DNA of 64,000 bases, from assembly GCA_026770705.1 (NCBI GenBank), contig JANJGN010000042.1, forward strand, positions 2,542,001 through 2,606,000. Reading direction: 5' to 3'. The translations under genes and the position numbers were made by a program. The DNA comes from Isurus oxyrinchus (lineage: Eukaryota). This document shows, in pieces, positions 54,077-64,000 of the stretch. Position 1 is the first letter of the stretch. Each line of letters begins with the position of its first letter. The notes beneath the pieces were generated by a model. The model did no database searches, was not told the DNA's origin, and worked only from the letters and a program-made list of their open reading frames with translations.

Positions 54077-54158
54077 CGTAGTCGGCAGGATTTGAACCTG
54101 CGCGGGGTAACCCCAATAGACTTCGAATCCATCACCTTAACCACTCGGCCACGACTAC
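54077..54158 (-). tRNA. tRNA-Ser, anticodon CGA (possibly a pseudogene)
   Basis: 82 nt GTAGTCGTGGCCGAGTGGTTAAGG..ATGGA-TTCGAAG-TCTAT..long variable arm..GGTTCAAATCC..GACTACG, followed by TTTT. Confidence 0.85.
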
Positions 54159-55248
54159 AGACCTGGAGAGTAAATCATATATATTTCATATATGAAATCA
54201 TAGAATAGTTACAGCAGAGAAAAAGCGTCTTCTTCCTACCCTGTCACTGCAACAACCCAGCCTTTTCCCCATAACCCTGCAATTTATACTGTCCCTCCTC
54301 GTTCTCCCTCCCAAACTGGGAATGAAAGAGAGAGAATGAAAGAGGAAGAGAAGTGATGGGTTTTCTAGATCTCAGGGAAAAGAGACTTCAGGAACAGTTC
54401 ATTGTGACAGTTCACACAGCAACAAGAAAACAGCATTCCCTGAGGAGGGCCAGGAGTGGGAGCGTGTTTAGTTCAAACACAGAAGACTTGTTCAGCCAAT
54501 AACAGCATCGGATCTGTTAGACATATACATGAAGTGAACAGTGAGGTGAAATAGTGCCACAAGCTGCGGATGTGCAACTTTCAATTTCCAAGACCCACCA
54601 TCCTCATCAATGCACCTCCTCTGAAACTTTCAAGGTCAATGTTGATCCTTTATAAGGTGCCGTTCCCAGAACGAGACACAGTCCTCCAGGTGTGACCTAA
54701 CCAGGGCTTTGTATAGCTGCAGCAAACCTTTCCCTCTTTCCTATAACAGCCTCTGTAACAGGTTGTATAGACAGAGGGATTAGATTGTATCGATCCAATA
54801 AGAAAAATAAGGAGATGCTTCATCAAACTAAAATTCCTTTTGAAATTCCATTTGAAATGAACTTAATTTTTTCGAAACAAAAACAGAATTACCTGGAAAA
54901 ACTCAGCAGGTCTGGCAGCATCGGCGGAGAAGAAAAGAGTTGACGTTTCGAGTCCTCATGACCCTTCGACAGAACTTGAGTTCGAGTCCAAGAAAAGGTT
55001 GAAATATCAGCTGGTTTAAGGTGTGTGTGTGGGGGGCGGAGAGATAGAGAGAGAGAGAGGTGGTTGTGTAGACAAACAAGCAGTGATAGAAGCAGATCAT
55101 CAAAAGATGTCAACGACAATGGTACAATAGAACACATAGGTGTTAAAGTTAAAGTTGGTGATATTATCTAAACGAATGTGCTAAGTAAGAATGGATGGTA
55201 GGGCACTCAAGGTATAGCTCTAATGGGGATGGGGAGAGCATAAAAGAT

Positions 55249-57261
55249 TTAAAATAATGGAAATAGGTGGGAAAAGAAAAATCTATATAATTTATTGGAA
55301 AAAAAAGGGGGAAACATAAATGGGGTGGGGATGGGGGAGGGAGCTCTCGACTTAAAGTTGTTGAATTCAATATTCAGTCCGGAAGGCTGTAAGGTGCCTA
55401 GTCGGAAGATGAGGTGTTGTTCCTCCAGTTTGCGTTGGTCTTCACTGGAACAATGCAGCAAGCCAAGGACAGACATGTGGGCAAGAGAGCAGGGTGGAGT
55501 GTTAAAATGGCAAGCGACAGGGAGGTTTGGGTCATTCTTGCGGACAGACCGCAGGTGTTCTGCAAAGCGGTCGCCCAGTTTACGTTTGGTCTCTCCAATG
55601 TAGAGGAGACCACATTGGGAGCAACGAATGCAGTAGACTAACTTGGGGGAAATGCAAGTGAAATGCTGCTTCACTTGAAAGGAGTGTTTGGGCCCTTGGA
55701 CGGTGAGGAGAGAGGAAGTGAAGGGGCAGGTGTTACATCTTTTGCATGGGCATGGGGTGGTGCCATAGGAGGGGGTTGAGGAGTAGGGGGTGATGGAGGA
55801 GTGGACCAAGGTGTCCCGGAGGGAGCGAGCCCTACGGAATGCCGATAAGGTGGGTGAAGGGAAGATGTGTTTGGTGGTGGCATCATGCTGGAGTTGGCGG
55901 AAATGACGGAGGATGATCCTTTGAATGCGGAGGCTGGTGGGGTGATAAGTGAGGACAAGGGGGACCCTATCATGTTTCTGGGAGGGAGGAGAAGGCGTGA
56001 GGGTGGATGCGCGGGAGATGGGCCGGACACGGTTGAGGGCCCTGTCAACGACCGTGGGTGGAAAACCTCGGTTAAGGAAGAAGGAGGACATGTCAGAGGA
56101 ACCGTTTTTGAAGGTAGCATCATCGGAACAGATGCGACGAAGGCGAAGGAACTGGGAGAATGGGATGGAGTCCTTACAGGAAGCGGGGTGTGAGGAGCTG
56201 TAGTCGAGGTAGCTGTGGGAGTCGGTGGGTTTGTAATGGATATTGGTGGACAGTCTATCACCAGAGATTGAGACAGAGAGGTCAAGGAAGGGAAGGGAAG
56301 TGTCAGAGATGGACCACGTGAAAATGATGGAGGGGTGGAGATTGGAAACAAAATTAATACATTTTTCCACGTCCCGACGAGAGCATGAAGCGGCACCGAA
56401 GTAATCATCGATGTACCGGAGAAAAAGTTGTGGAAGGGGGCCGGAGTAGGACTGCAACAAGGAATGTTCCACATACCCCATAAAGAGACAGGCATAGCTG
56501 GGGCCCATGTGGGTACCCATAGCCACACCTTTTATTTGGAGGAAGTGAGAGGAGTTGAAGGAGAAATTGTTCAGCGTGAGAACACGTTCAGCCAGACTGA
56601 GGAGAGTAGTGATGGATGGGGATTGTTCGGGCCTCTGTTCGAGGAAGAAGCTAAGGGCCCTCAGACCATCCTGGTGGGGGATGGAGGTGTAGAGGGATTG
56701 GACGTTCATGGTGAAGAGGAAGCGGTTGGGGCCAGGGAACTGGAAATTGTTGATGTGACGTAAGGTGTCAGAGGAATCACGGATGTAGGTGGGAAGGGAC
56801 TGGACAAGGGGAGAGAGAAGGGAGTCAAGATAACGAGAAATGAGTTCTGTGGGGCAGGAGCAAGCTGAGACGATCGGTCTACCGGGGCAGTTCTGTTTGT
56901 GGATTTTGGGTAGGAGATAGAAGCGGGCCGTCCGAGGTTGGGCGACTATCAGGTTGGAAGCTGTGGGAGGGAGATCCCCGGAGGAGATGAGGTCAGTGAC
57001 GGTCCTGGAAATAATGGCTTGATGTTCAGTGGTGGGGTCATGGTCCAGGGAGAGGTGGGAGGAAGTGTTTGCGAGTTGACGCTCAGCCTCTGCGATGTAG
57101 AGGTCAGTGCGCCAGACAACAACAGCACCACCCTTGTCTGCGGGTTTGATGACATTGTCAGGGTTGGACCTGAGAGAATGGAGTGCAGTAAGTTCAGAGA
57201 GAGACAGGTTAGAATGGGTGAGAGGAGCAGAGAAATTGAGACGACTAATGTCGTGCCGACA
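55249..57261 (-). CDS. PLE reverse transcriptase + GIY-YIG endonuclease, left arm
   Basis: IKPADKG, LPKIHK, GRPIVS, GVAMG, RYIDD, Cys-rich linker, LVYCIRCSQCGLLYIGET..RFAEH..GLN; no internal stop. Confidence 0.9.
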   Translation of the reverse strand, partial: CRHDISRLNFSAPLTHSNLSLSELTALHSLRSNPDNVIKPADKGGAVVVWRTDLYIAEAERQLANTSSHLSLDHDPTTEHQAIISRTVTDLISSGDLPPTASNLIVAQPRTARFYLLPKIHKQNCPGRPIVSACSCPTELISRYLDSLLSPLVQSLPTYIRDSSDTLRHINNFQFPGPNRFLFTMNVQSLYTSIPHQDGLRALSFFLEQRPEQSPSITTLLSLAERVLTLNNFSFNSSHFLQIKGVAMGTHMGPSYACLFMGYVEHSLLQSYSGPLPQLFLRYIDDYFGAASCSRRDVEKCINFVSNLHPSIIFTWSISDTSLPFLDLSVSISGDRLSTNIHYKPTDSHSYLDYSSSHPASCKDSIPFSQFLRLRRICSDDATFKNGSSDMSSFFLNRGFPPTVVDRALNRVRPISRASTLTPSPPSQKHDRVPLVLTYHPTSLRIQRIILRHFRQLQHDATTKHIFPSPTLSAFRRARSLRDTLVHSSITPYSSTPSYGTTPCPCKRCNTCPFTSSLLTVQGPKHSFQVKQHFTCISPKLVYCIRCSQCGLLYIGETKRKLGDRFAEHLRSVRKNDPNLPVACHFNTPPCSLAHMSVLGLLHCSSEDQRKLEEQHLIFRLGTLQPSGLNIEFNNFKSRAPSPIPTPFMFPPFFSNKLYRFFFSHLFPLF

Positions 57262-59437
57262 TTTTTCTCCCTCCACCTGGACCCCTCCCTCTGGATTCTT
57301 ACCTTCTCTTGATCTTTCCATTGAGAACTGTCGGCGCGACATTAGTCGTCTCAATTTCTCTGCTCCTCTCACCCATTCTAACCTGTCTCTCTCTGAACTT
57401 ACTGCACTCCATTCTCTCAGGTCCAACCCTGACATTGTCATCAAACGCGCAGACAAGGGTGGTGCTGTTGTTGTCTGGCGCACTGACCTCTACCTCACAG
57501 AGGCTGAGCGTCAACTCGCAGACACTTCCTCCTACCTCTCCCTGGATCATGACCCCACCACTGAACATCAAGTCATTGTTTCCAGGACTGTCACTGACCT
57601 CATCTCCTCCGGGGATCTCCCTCCCACAGCTTCTAACCTGATAGTCGCCCAACCTCGGACGGCCCGCTTCTATCTCCTACCCAAAATCCACAAACAGAAC
57701 TGCCCCGGTAGACCGATCGTCTCAGCTTGCTCCTGCCCCACAGAACTCATTTCTCGTTATCTTGACTTCCTTCTCTCTCCCTTTGTCCAGTCCCTTCCCA
57801 CCTACATCCGTGATTCCTCTGACACCTTACGTCACATCAACAATTTCCAGTTCCCTGGCCCCAACCGCTTCCTCTTCACCATGAACGTCCAATCCCTCTA
57901 CACCTCCATCCCCCACCAGGATGGTCTGAGGGCCATTAGCTTCTTCCTCGAACAGAGGCCCGAACAATCCCCATCCACCACTACTCTCCTCAGTCTGGCT
58001 GAACTTGTTCTCACGCTGAACAATTTCTCCTTCAACTCCTCTCACTTCCTCCAAATAAAAGGTGTGGCTATGGGTACCCGCATGGGCCCCAGCTATGCCT
58101 GTCTCTTTATGGGGTATGTGGAACATTCCTTGTTGCAGTCCTACTCCGGCCCCCTTCTACAACTTTTTCTCCAGTACATCGATGATTACTTCGGTGCCGC
58201 TTCATGCTCTCGTCGGGACTTGGAAAAATGTATTAATTTGGCTTCCAATCTCCACCCCTCCATCATTTTCACGTGGTCCATCTCTGACACTTCCCTTCCC
58301 TTCCTTGACCTCTCTGTCTCAATCTCTGGTGATAGACTGTCCACCAATATCCATTACAAACCCACCGACTCCCACAGCTACCTCGACTACAGCTCCTCAC
58401 ACCCCGCTTCCTGTAAGGACTCCATCCCATTCTCCCAGTTCCTTCGCCTTCGTCGCATCTGTTCCGATGATGCTACCTTCAAAAACGGTTCCTCTGACAT
58501 GTCCTCCTTCTTCCTTAACCGAGGTTTTCCACCCACGGTCTTTGACAGGGCCCTCAACCGTGTCCGGCCCATCTCCCGCGCATCCACCCTCACGCCTTCT
58601 CCTCCCTCCCAGAAACATGATAGGGTCCCCCTTGTCCTCACTTATCACCCCACCAGCCTCCGCATTCAAAGGACCATCCTCCGCCATTTCCGCCAACTCC
58701 AGCATGATGCCACCACCAAACACATCTTCCCTTCACCCACCTTGTCGGCATTCCGTAGGGATCGCTCCCTCCGGGACACCCTGGTCCACTCCTCCATCAC
58801 CCCCTACTCCTCAACCCCCTCCTATGGCACCACCCCATGCCCACGCAAAAGATGTAACACCTGCCCCTTCACTTCCTCTCTCCTCACCGTCCAAGGGCCC
58901 AAACACTCCTTTCAAGTGAAGCAGCATTTCACTTGCATTTCCCCCAAGTTAGTCTACTGCATTCGTTGCTCCCAATGTGGTCTCCTCTACATTGGAGAGA
59001 CCAAACGTAAACTGGGCGACCGCTTTGCAGAACATCTGCGGTCTGTCTGCAAGAATGACCCAAACCTCCCTGTCGCTTGCCATTTTAACACTCCACCCTG
59101 CTCTCTTGCCCACATGTCTGTCCTTGGCTTGCTGCATTGTTCCAGTGAAGACCAACGCAAACTGGAGGAACAACACCTCATCTTCCGACTAGGCACCTTA
59201 CAGCCTTCCGGACTGAATATTGAATTCAACAACTTTAGGTCGAGAGCTCCCTCCCCCATCCCCACCCCATTTATGTTTCCCCCTTTTTTTTCCAATAAAT
59301 TATATAGATTTTTCTTTTCCCACCTATTTCCATTATTTTTAAATATTTTAAAATCTTTTATGCTCTCCCCACCCCCATTAGAGCTATACCTTGAGTGCCC
59401 TACCATCCATTCTTACTTAGCACATTCGTTTAGATAA
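57262..59437 (+). CDS. PLE reverse transcriptase + GIY-YIG endonuclease, right arm
   Basis: Same motifs (QYIDD); open frame; authentic N-terminus missing. Confidence 0.9.
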
Positions 59438-59637
59438 TATCACCAACTTTAACTTTAACACCTATGTGTTCTATTGTACCATTGTCGTTGACATCTTTTG
59501 ATGATCTGCTTCTATCACTGCTTGTTTGTTCACACAACCACAACCCCCACCCACCTCTCTCTCTCTCTATCTCTCCGCCCCCCACACACACACCTTAAAC
59601 CAGGTTATATTTCAACCTTTTCTTGGACTCGAACTCA

Positions 59638-59676
59638 AGTTCTGTCGAAGGGTCATGAGGACTCGAAACGTCAACT
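59638..59676 (+). ncRNA. Minimal type I hammerhead ribozyme-like motif (copies at 54938-54976 minus and 3801-3839 plus)
   Basis: AGTT-CTGTCGA-A-GGGTC-ATGAG-GACTC-GAAA-CGTC-AACT: stem I, core, stem II, GAAA, palindromic ACGT stem III, GTC site. Confidence 0.7.
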
Positions 59677-60259
59677 CTTTTCTTCTCCGCCGATGCTGCC
59701 AGACCTGCTGAGTTTTTCCAGGTAATTCTGTTTTTGTTTTGGATTTCCAGCATCCGCAGTTTTTTTTGTTTTAATTTTTTCGAAAGCTGCGTAAGAATCC
59801 CCAGTCTAGCTCTTCATGTCACTGCGTCAGGGGAACTTTGTTAATGTTCACACACTGAGCATGGACACGGCAGCAGCTCCTGCGCCTCTTCCAATATTGT
59901 TTTTCGTAACTCAGAGTTTTCGAAAGGGAATTGGATAATGACTTGAAAGGGAGAAAAACGATCAGGATGATGGAGAAAGAGAAGGAAATTGAGACTAATT
60001 GGAAAGAACATTGTAAAAAACTGATATTGATATGATGGTTTAAATGGTCTCCTCGCACACTCTGCCATTTTGTGATGACAACACCAGATTAATTTGATGA
60101 CAACATTTCTAAATTTGTCAACCGAATTCCATTTCTGTAAAACAAAGATGCAAAGTGCGGCTGCAGGACCTCACAGTTTAACATAGTGTGCAGGTGCCTC
60201 TGGCTTTGTCAGGTATTGTTCTGTAGGGGAATGGTTATCACATGTGCATGGAATCACCA

Positions 60260-60575
60260 AGCCTCCCTAGACAGAACCTTCCAATCCCACGACAATTACC
60301 ATATAGAAAAACAAGGGCAGCAAATAGATGGGAACATGACCATTTGGAATTTCTCCTGCAAGGCACTCACCCTCTTGACTTGGAAATATGTCGCTGTTTC
60401 TTCACTGTTGCTGGGTCAAAATCCTGGAACTCCCTTCCTAACAGCACTCTGGGTGTACCTACACCTCAAGGACTGCTGCGTTTCAAGAAGGCAGCTCAGC
60501 AGCACCTTCTCAAGGGACAATGGGATGGGCAATAAATGCTGGCCCAGCCAGCGAAGCCCACATCCCGAGAATGTA
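60260..60575 (+). mobile_element. LINE/SINE 3' end repeat
   Basis: Similar to 51570-51880. Confidence 0.7.
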
Positions 60576-61092
60576 TTACAAACTGTCTGCAGAATTAATC
60601 ATAAATCTTCTTCTCATCCGTGTCACTAAAAGTTATTTTAGTTGCAAACATTCACTAAATTTGGAGTCTGAAACGGAACAATCATTGACCAATTTGATGA
60701 CACCGTTGTTTTCTGGGTCTTTGTCTCTCCTTAGGCCTCTGTCACTCTCGGTGTACATGTCTGTGTGTGTTCCTCTCTGTGTGTCAATGTGATTCAGTCC
60801 CCTGAGGGGTTGTACACATTTTTTCCCACCACAAACGTTTTACACATTGGTTGTGCAGCTTCACATTACAATGTAACAGAGAAAAGTATCAAGATGAAAG
60901 AGGAATTTGCAATGTTCTTGCATCCCATTTCTTAACCTCTGCGTTTGCTCTGTTGCACTGATGCCATTCCCAGCTGTGGTACCAAATTCCAGCTCTTGCT
61001 CCATTCATTCTGGTAGAGGTGATATGCAGGATTTCTGCATGTTCTATTACTCAGGGTCATCTCAGCACTTCGCCAAGGTTCCTAAATCACTG

Positions 61093-61164
61093 CTCTTTCA
61101 TCAGGAATTGAACCCACACCCTGACTATGAAAGCGCAGAATCCTAGCTATTGGGCCACCAAGGA
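61093..61164 (-). pseudogene. Decayed tRNA-Glu(TTC) pseudogene
   Basis: TCCTTGGTGGCCCAATAGCTAGGATTCTGCGCTTTCA..GGGTTCAATTCC; stems disrupted. Confidence 0.65.
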
Positions 61165-62365
61165 AGGTGCTCACAAGCCTCACAACCTGGGTAAGCCATG
61201 CTGTCTGTGCCTTTTATTTTCATTTCCGACCTCTTTCATTAGAGGAACGTTTCTCCCCCAAATTGACACGTTTATATAAAACACAAACAACATCCATTGT
61301 CAGACAGTTCCGGGTTGTTATTGGGTCCTTAAGCGACAAAGAGAAAATAATCCAACTCTCCTGTTGCTCAGCGGGTTCCAACAGCAGTGTTTTTTTATCT
61401 GAATATAAATGTAAAATATAATTTAACAACTGACCAACCAGGTACCTACAAATCTATGAAGTTATTGGATCAAATAGACCCGTTAATGATTCCTTCTTCC
61501 TCAGCTCCGCAGTGAGTGAGACAGGGAAAAGCAGAAAAGCAGCAACATTCCGGCCCCGCACTCTCCAATCACCCGCTGCCAGCAAACAGATACACTCACT
61601 TTCCTGAGTCTTTATTCTGTGAAATGGTGAAGGGCGAATCTAAGACGCTTGTAATATACTGCGCTCAGTTAATATCCACCAACAAACAGGAACAAGGCGG
61701 CTTTCCTCTCACTTAAAAGGGCAAGTTTTGATAATGCTTCTGCATTAATAACTTATATTGATAAAGTGCATTTAATCTGTTGAAACGTCACAAGGCGTCC
61801 CCCGTTAATATTATATAATAAAGTGTGACACCGAGCCTCATATTCGATCAGAATACTAAAAGCTCGGTCAAAGGGGGAGGCTTTAAAAACTGTCTTAAAG
61901 GAGGAAAGTATCGATTTAATGTTCCAGCTAACAGCAATAGTTCTTCTCATTGGCGAAAGAAGTCTCCCGTGTTCAACGTAAACAGACCAATTAGTCGGAG
62001 AAAGTTCTGTCTGGTGAAAAGATCGGGAATAAAAAAAAATAGTGAAAGTAACCTCTAAATACCAAATGTCAAACCTTTCTGGTACTTTCCCTTATGTCTT
62101 ATGACTGGGGATCGGCGCTTCCATTGGCCCACAGCGAATAGGGTGGAGGGTTTGGAAATTGAAAGTTACGCATGAGCAGCTTGTGGGACTATTCACCTCA
62201 CTGTCAATTTCATGTTCCAGCTCACAGCAACCGTTGTTTTCATTGGCTGAAGAATTCGTTTGTGTTTAGGCTAAACAGGCAGTTTTGTGGTGAAAGAGAT
62301 CTGAACTGAAAAACAATAGGCAAAAGGAGCGTGGATAAGCCAAATCGAAAAGCATTTTGATCGAT

Positions 62366-62437
62366 TCCTTGGTTGTCTAGTGGTTAGGATTCGGCGCTTT
62401 AAGCACCACAGCCCGGGTTCGATTCCCAGTAAGGAAA
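62366..62437 (+). pseudogene. tRNA-Glu-derived pseudogene with TTA anticodon
   Basis: TCCTTGGTTGTCTAGTGGTTAGGATTCGGCGCT-TTA-AGCACCACAGCCCGGGTTCGATTCCC; two anticodon-stem mismatches. Confidence 0.8.
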
Positions 62438-64000
62438 TTAAGGTTTGTTGAGTGTGGTCAATTTCTATTTGCGAACAGCTCCACCGAGAGTTAAAATCTT
62501 AGCCTCACAGCAAGAAATATCACATTTCGAATAAGTCGCGAACAAACAGAAAAGAAGAAGGGCTGGTTGCAAGGCGAAATATCGGTGGGAGAAGGATGAA
62601 TGTTACTGTCTCCTATTTGCACCGGCACAAATATCACTTCTGATCAATCAACTCCGCTTTGAAAACAGCGCGCCGGGCCCAATGGGCTCTTTCTATGCTG
62701 TAATTATCTATAATGTTATGTTTCCCAACACCGCCAACACTGCCTTTTTATAACCCACTCTAGAGAAGTGAGCTTTCTTACCTTGTATTCGGCTCTTTTG
62801 AAACCAAAACACGGAGCAAATTCAGCGAGTTTTCTTGTCATTTCCAGCACGAGATTAGTCACGAGACTAAATGAGCGACACATTAATGGTGCCGATCCTT
62901 CACTGGAGCTCACCGTGTCCCAGGAGTACTGTTATCATCAGCCTGTTAGGCACCTTCCCGCAGTACATCTGCTGAACAATATAAGCTTATCACAGCTCTG
63001 CTTTCTTCACATTGAAATCCAGTGTAAAAAATGTGAACAACTTCAAAGCTGATTAACGTAGACAAGACTGGAAGGAGAGTGTGACTGTTGACAATCGGCA
63101 CTGTGCACATTCCTGTAATCCGTACCTGGGGGAATCAGGAAGATTAGATCATGGTGTCTTTTTACTCTATGGTCTGCAAACTTATCGTCTTGTGTCTTAC
63201 ATTCCCACGAACTGACTGTGTCTGCATCAAGGAACTAATTGACCCGGAAGCTGTAGGGGCAGAGGGAGCTGGAGGCGAGACAGGGACAGAAGCAGAAAGA
63301 AACGCGACATGAAAATGTTTTGAATTTGATGTCTGTCAGTTGGTGCCAGTGGTGAATGTCTGCCTTGTAGGTTCCACTGAATGAGGTTGTGTTTTTTTTG
63401 TTTTAGAGCAGCAAAATTGAAAGTGACAACAGCCCCCAGCGTGGGGCTCCAAGAACTGACCCTGAAATTAAGCGTTTTATATTCTGTTGACTGAGGTAGC
63501 TGGGAATGGGGGAAGGAATCCTTCATATCACAACACATATGGCGACAGACGTGTTTTTCTCACCTGGAAACTCAGCTTGTTCTGAATCTGAGTGTAGAAG
63601 GGAGTCGACCTACAAAAGCCCCAAGGTTGCAATGCATTCCTCTCAATCTCAGTAACATCGTTCACATCTTCCACTTCTTAGTTAGACCTCGTTCCAAAAA
63701 TTTCAAACTCTCTCTTTCATTTTTCATCCTCACATTTTTCTCTAACATTTTAACATGAAGTTGTACAACAAATTTAAATAAAGTTAGTGATGGTAAAAAT
63801 GTGTTCACCCCTCGGGGAACTGACTCATATTGACACACACAGAGGAACAGACACAAACATATGCACCGAGGGTGACAGAGGGCAAGGGTTTGTCTCTAAG
63901 GAGAGGCAAATATCCATAAAGCAAGCATGAAGCCAAGTTTTATTCCAGTTCCAAGTTTCATGAATGTTTTCATGAACGAACAAATAGAAAAAAACCCAAG

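Larger units (their letters stand above)
54878..59770. mobile_element. Palindromic Penelope-like retroelement insertion (two 5'-truncated copies head to head) with 15-bp TSD
   Basis: Arms ~54875-57261 and ~57329-59740 are reverse complements around a 67-bp spacer; TTAATTTTTTCGAAA at 54863-54877 and 59771-59785. Confidence 0.95.

Noticed and set aside
55671-58919. 285-aa Pro/Ser-rich ORFs in both PLE arms
   Set aside because: Alternative frames of a C-rich coding strand, duplicated only because of the palindrome.
54878-59770. Palindrome as a sequencing fold-back artifact
   Set aside because: The arms differ by substitutions and indels, have unique flanks and share a 15-bp TSD.

Overview
Eukaryotic genomic DNA from a cartilaginous fish (shark; the constant exons resemble horn-shark-type IgM). 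The core is one complete, unrearranged IgM heavy-chain minilocus on the + strand (about 30.8-50.3 kb): leader, VH(23-RSS), (12)D1(22), (12)D2(12), (23)JH, Cmu1-Cmu4 with secretory tail, TM1 and TM2. As written, Cmu2 carries a 1-bp deletion (311-nt exon) that would put a stop early in Cmu3, and the VH is structurally divergent. Upstream lies a ~12 kb 27/54-bp satellite with nested higher-order repeats. Downstream is a ~4.9 kb palindromic Penelope-like retroelement (two open RT + GIY-YIG arms, 15-bp target duplication) whose 3' ends carry a minimal hammerhead-ribozyme motif; that module also occurs alone elsewhere in the window. The rest is decayed LINEs/SINEs, simple repeats, one tRNA-Ser and two tRNA-Glu pseudogenes. 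Boundaries of decayed repeats are approximate and family names come from motif recognition, not database searches.
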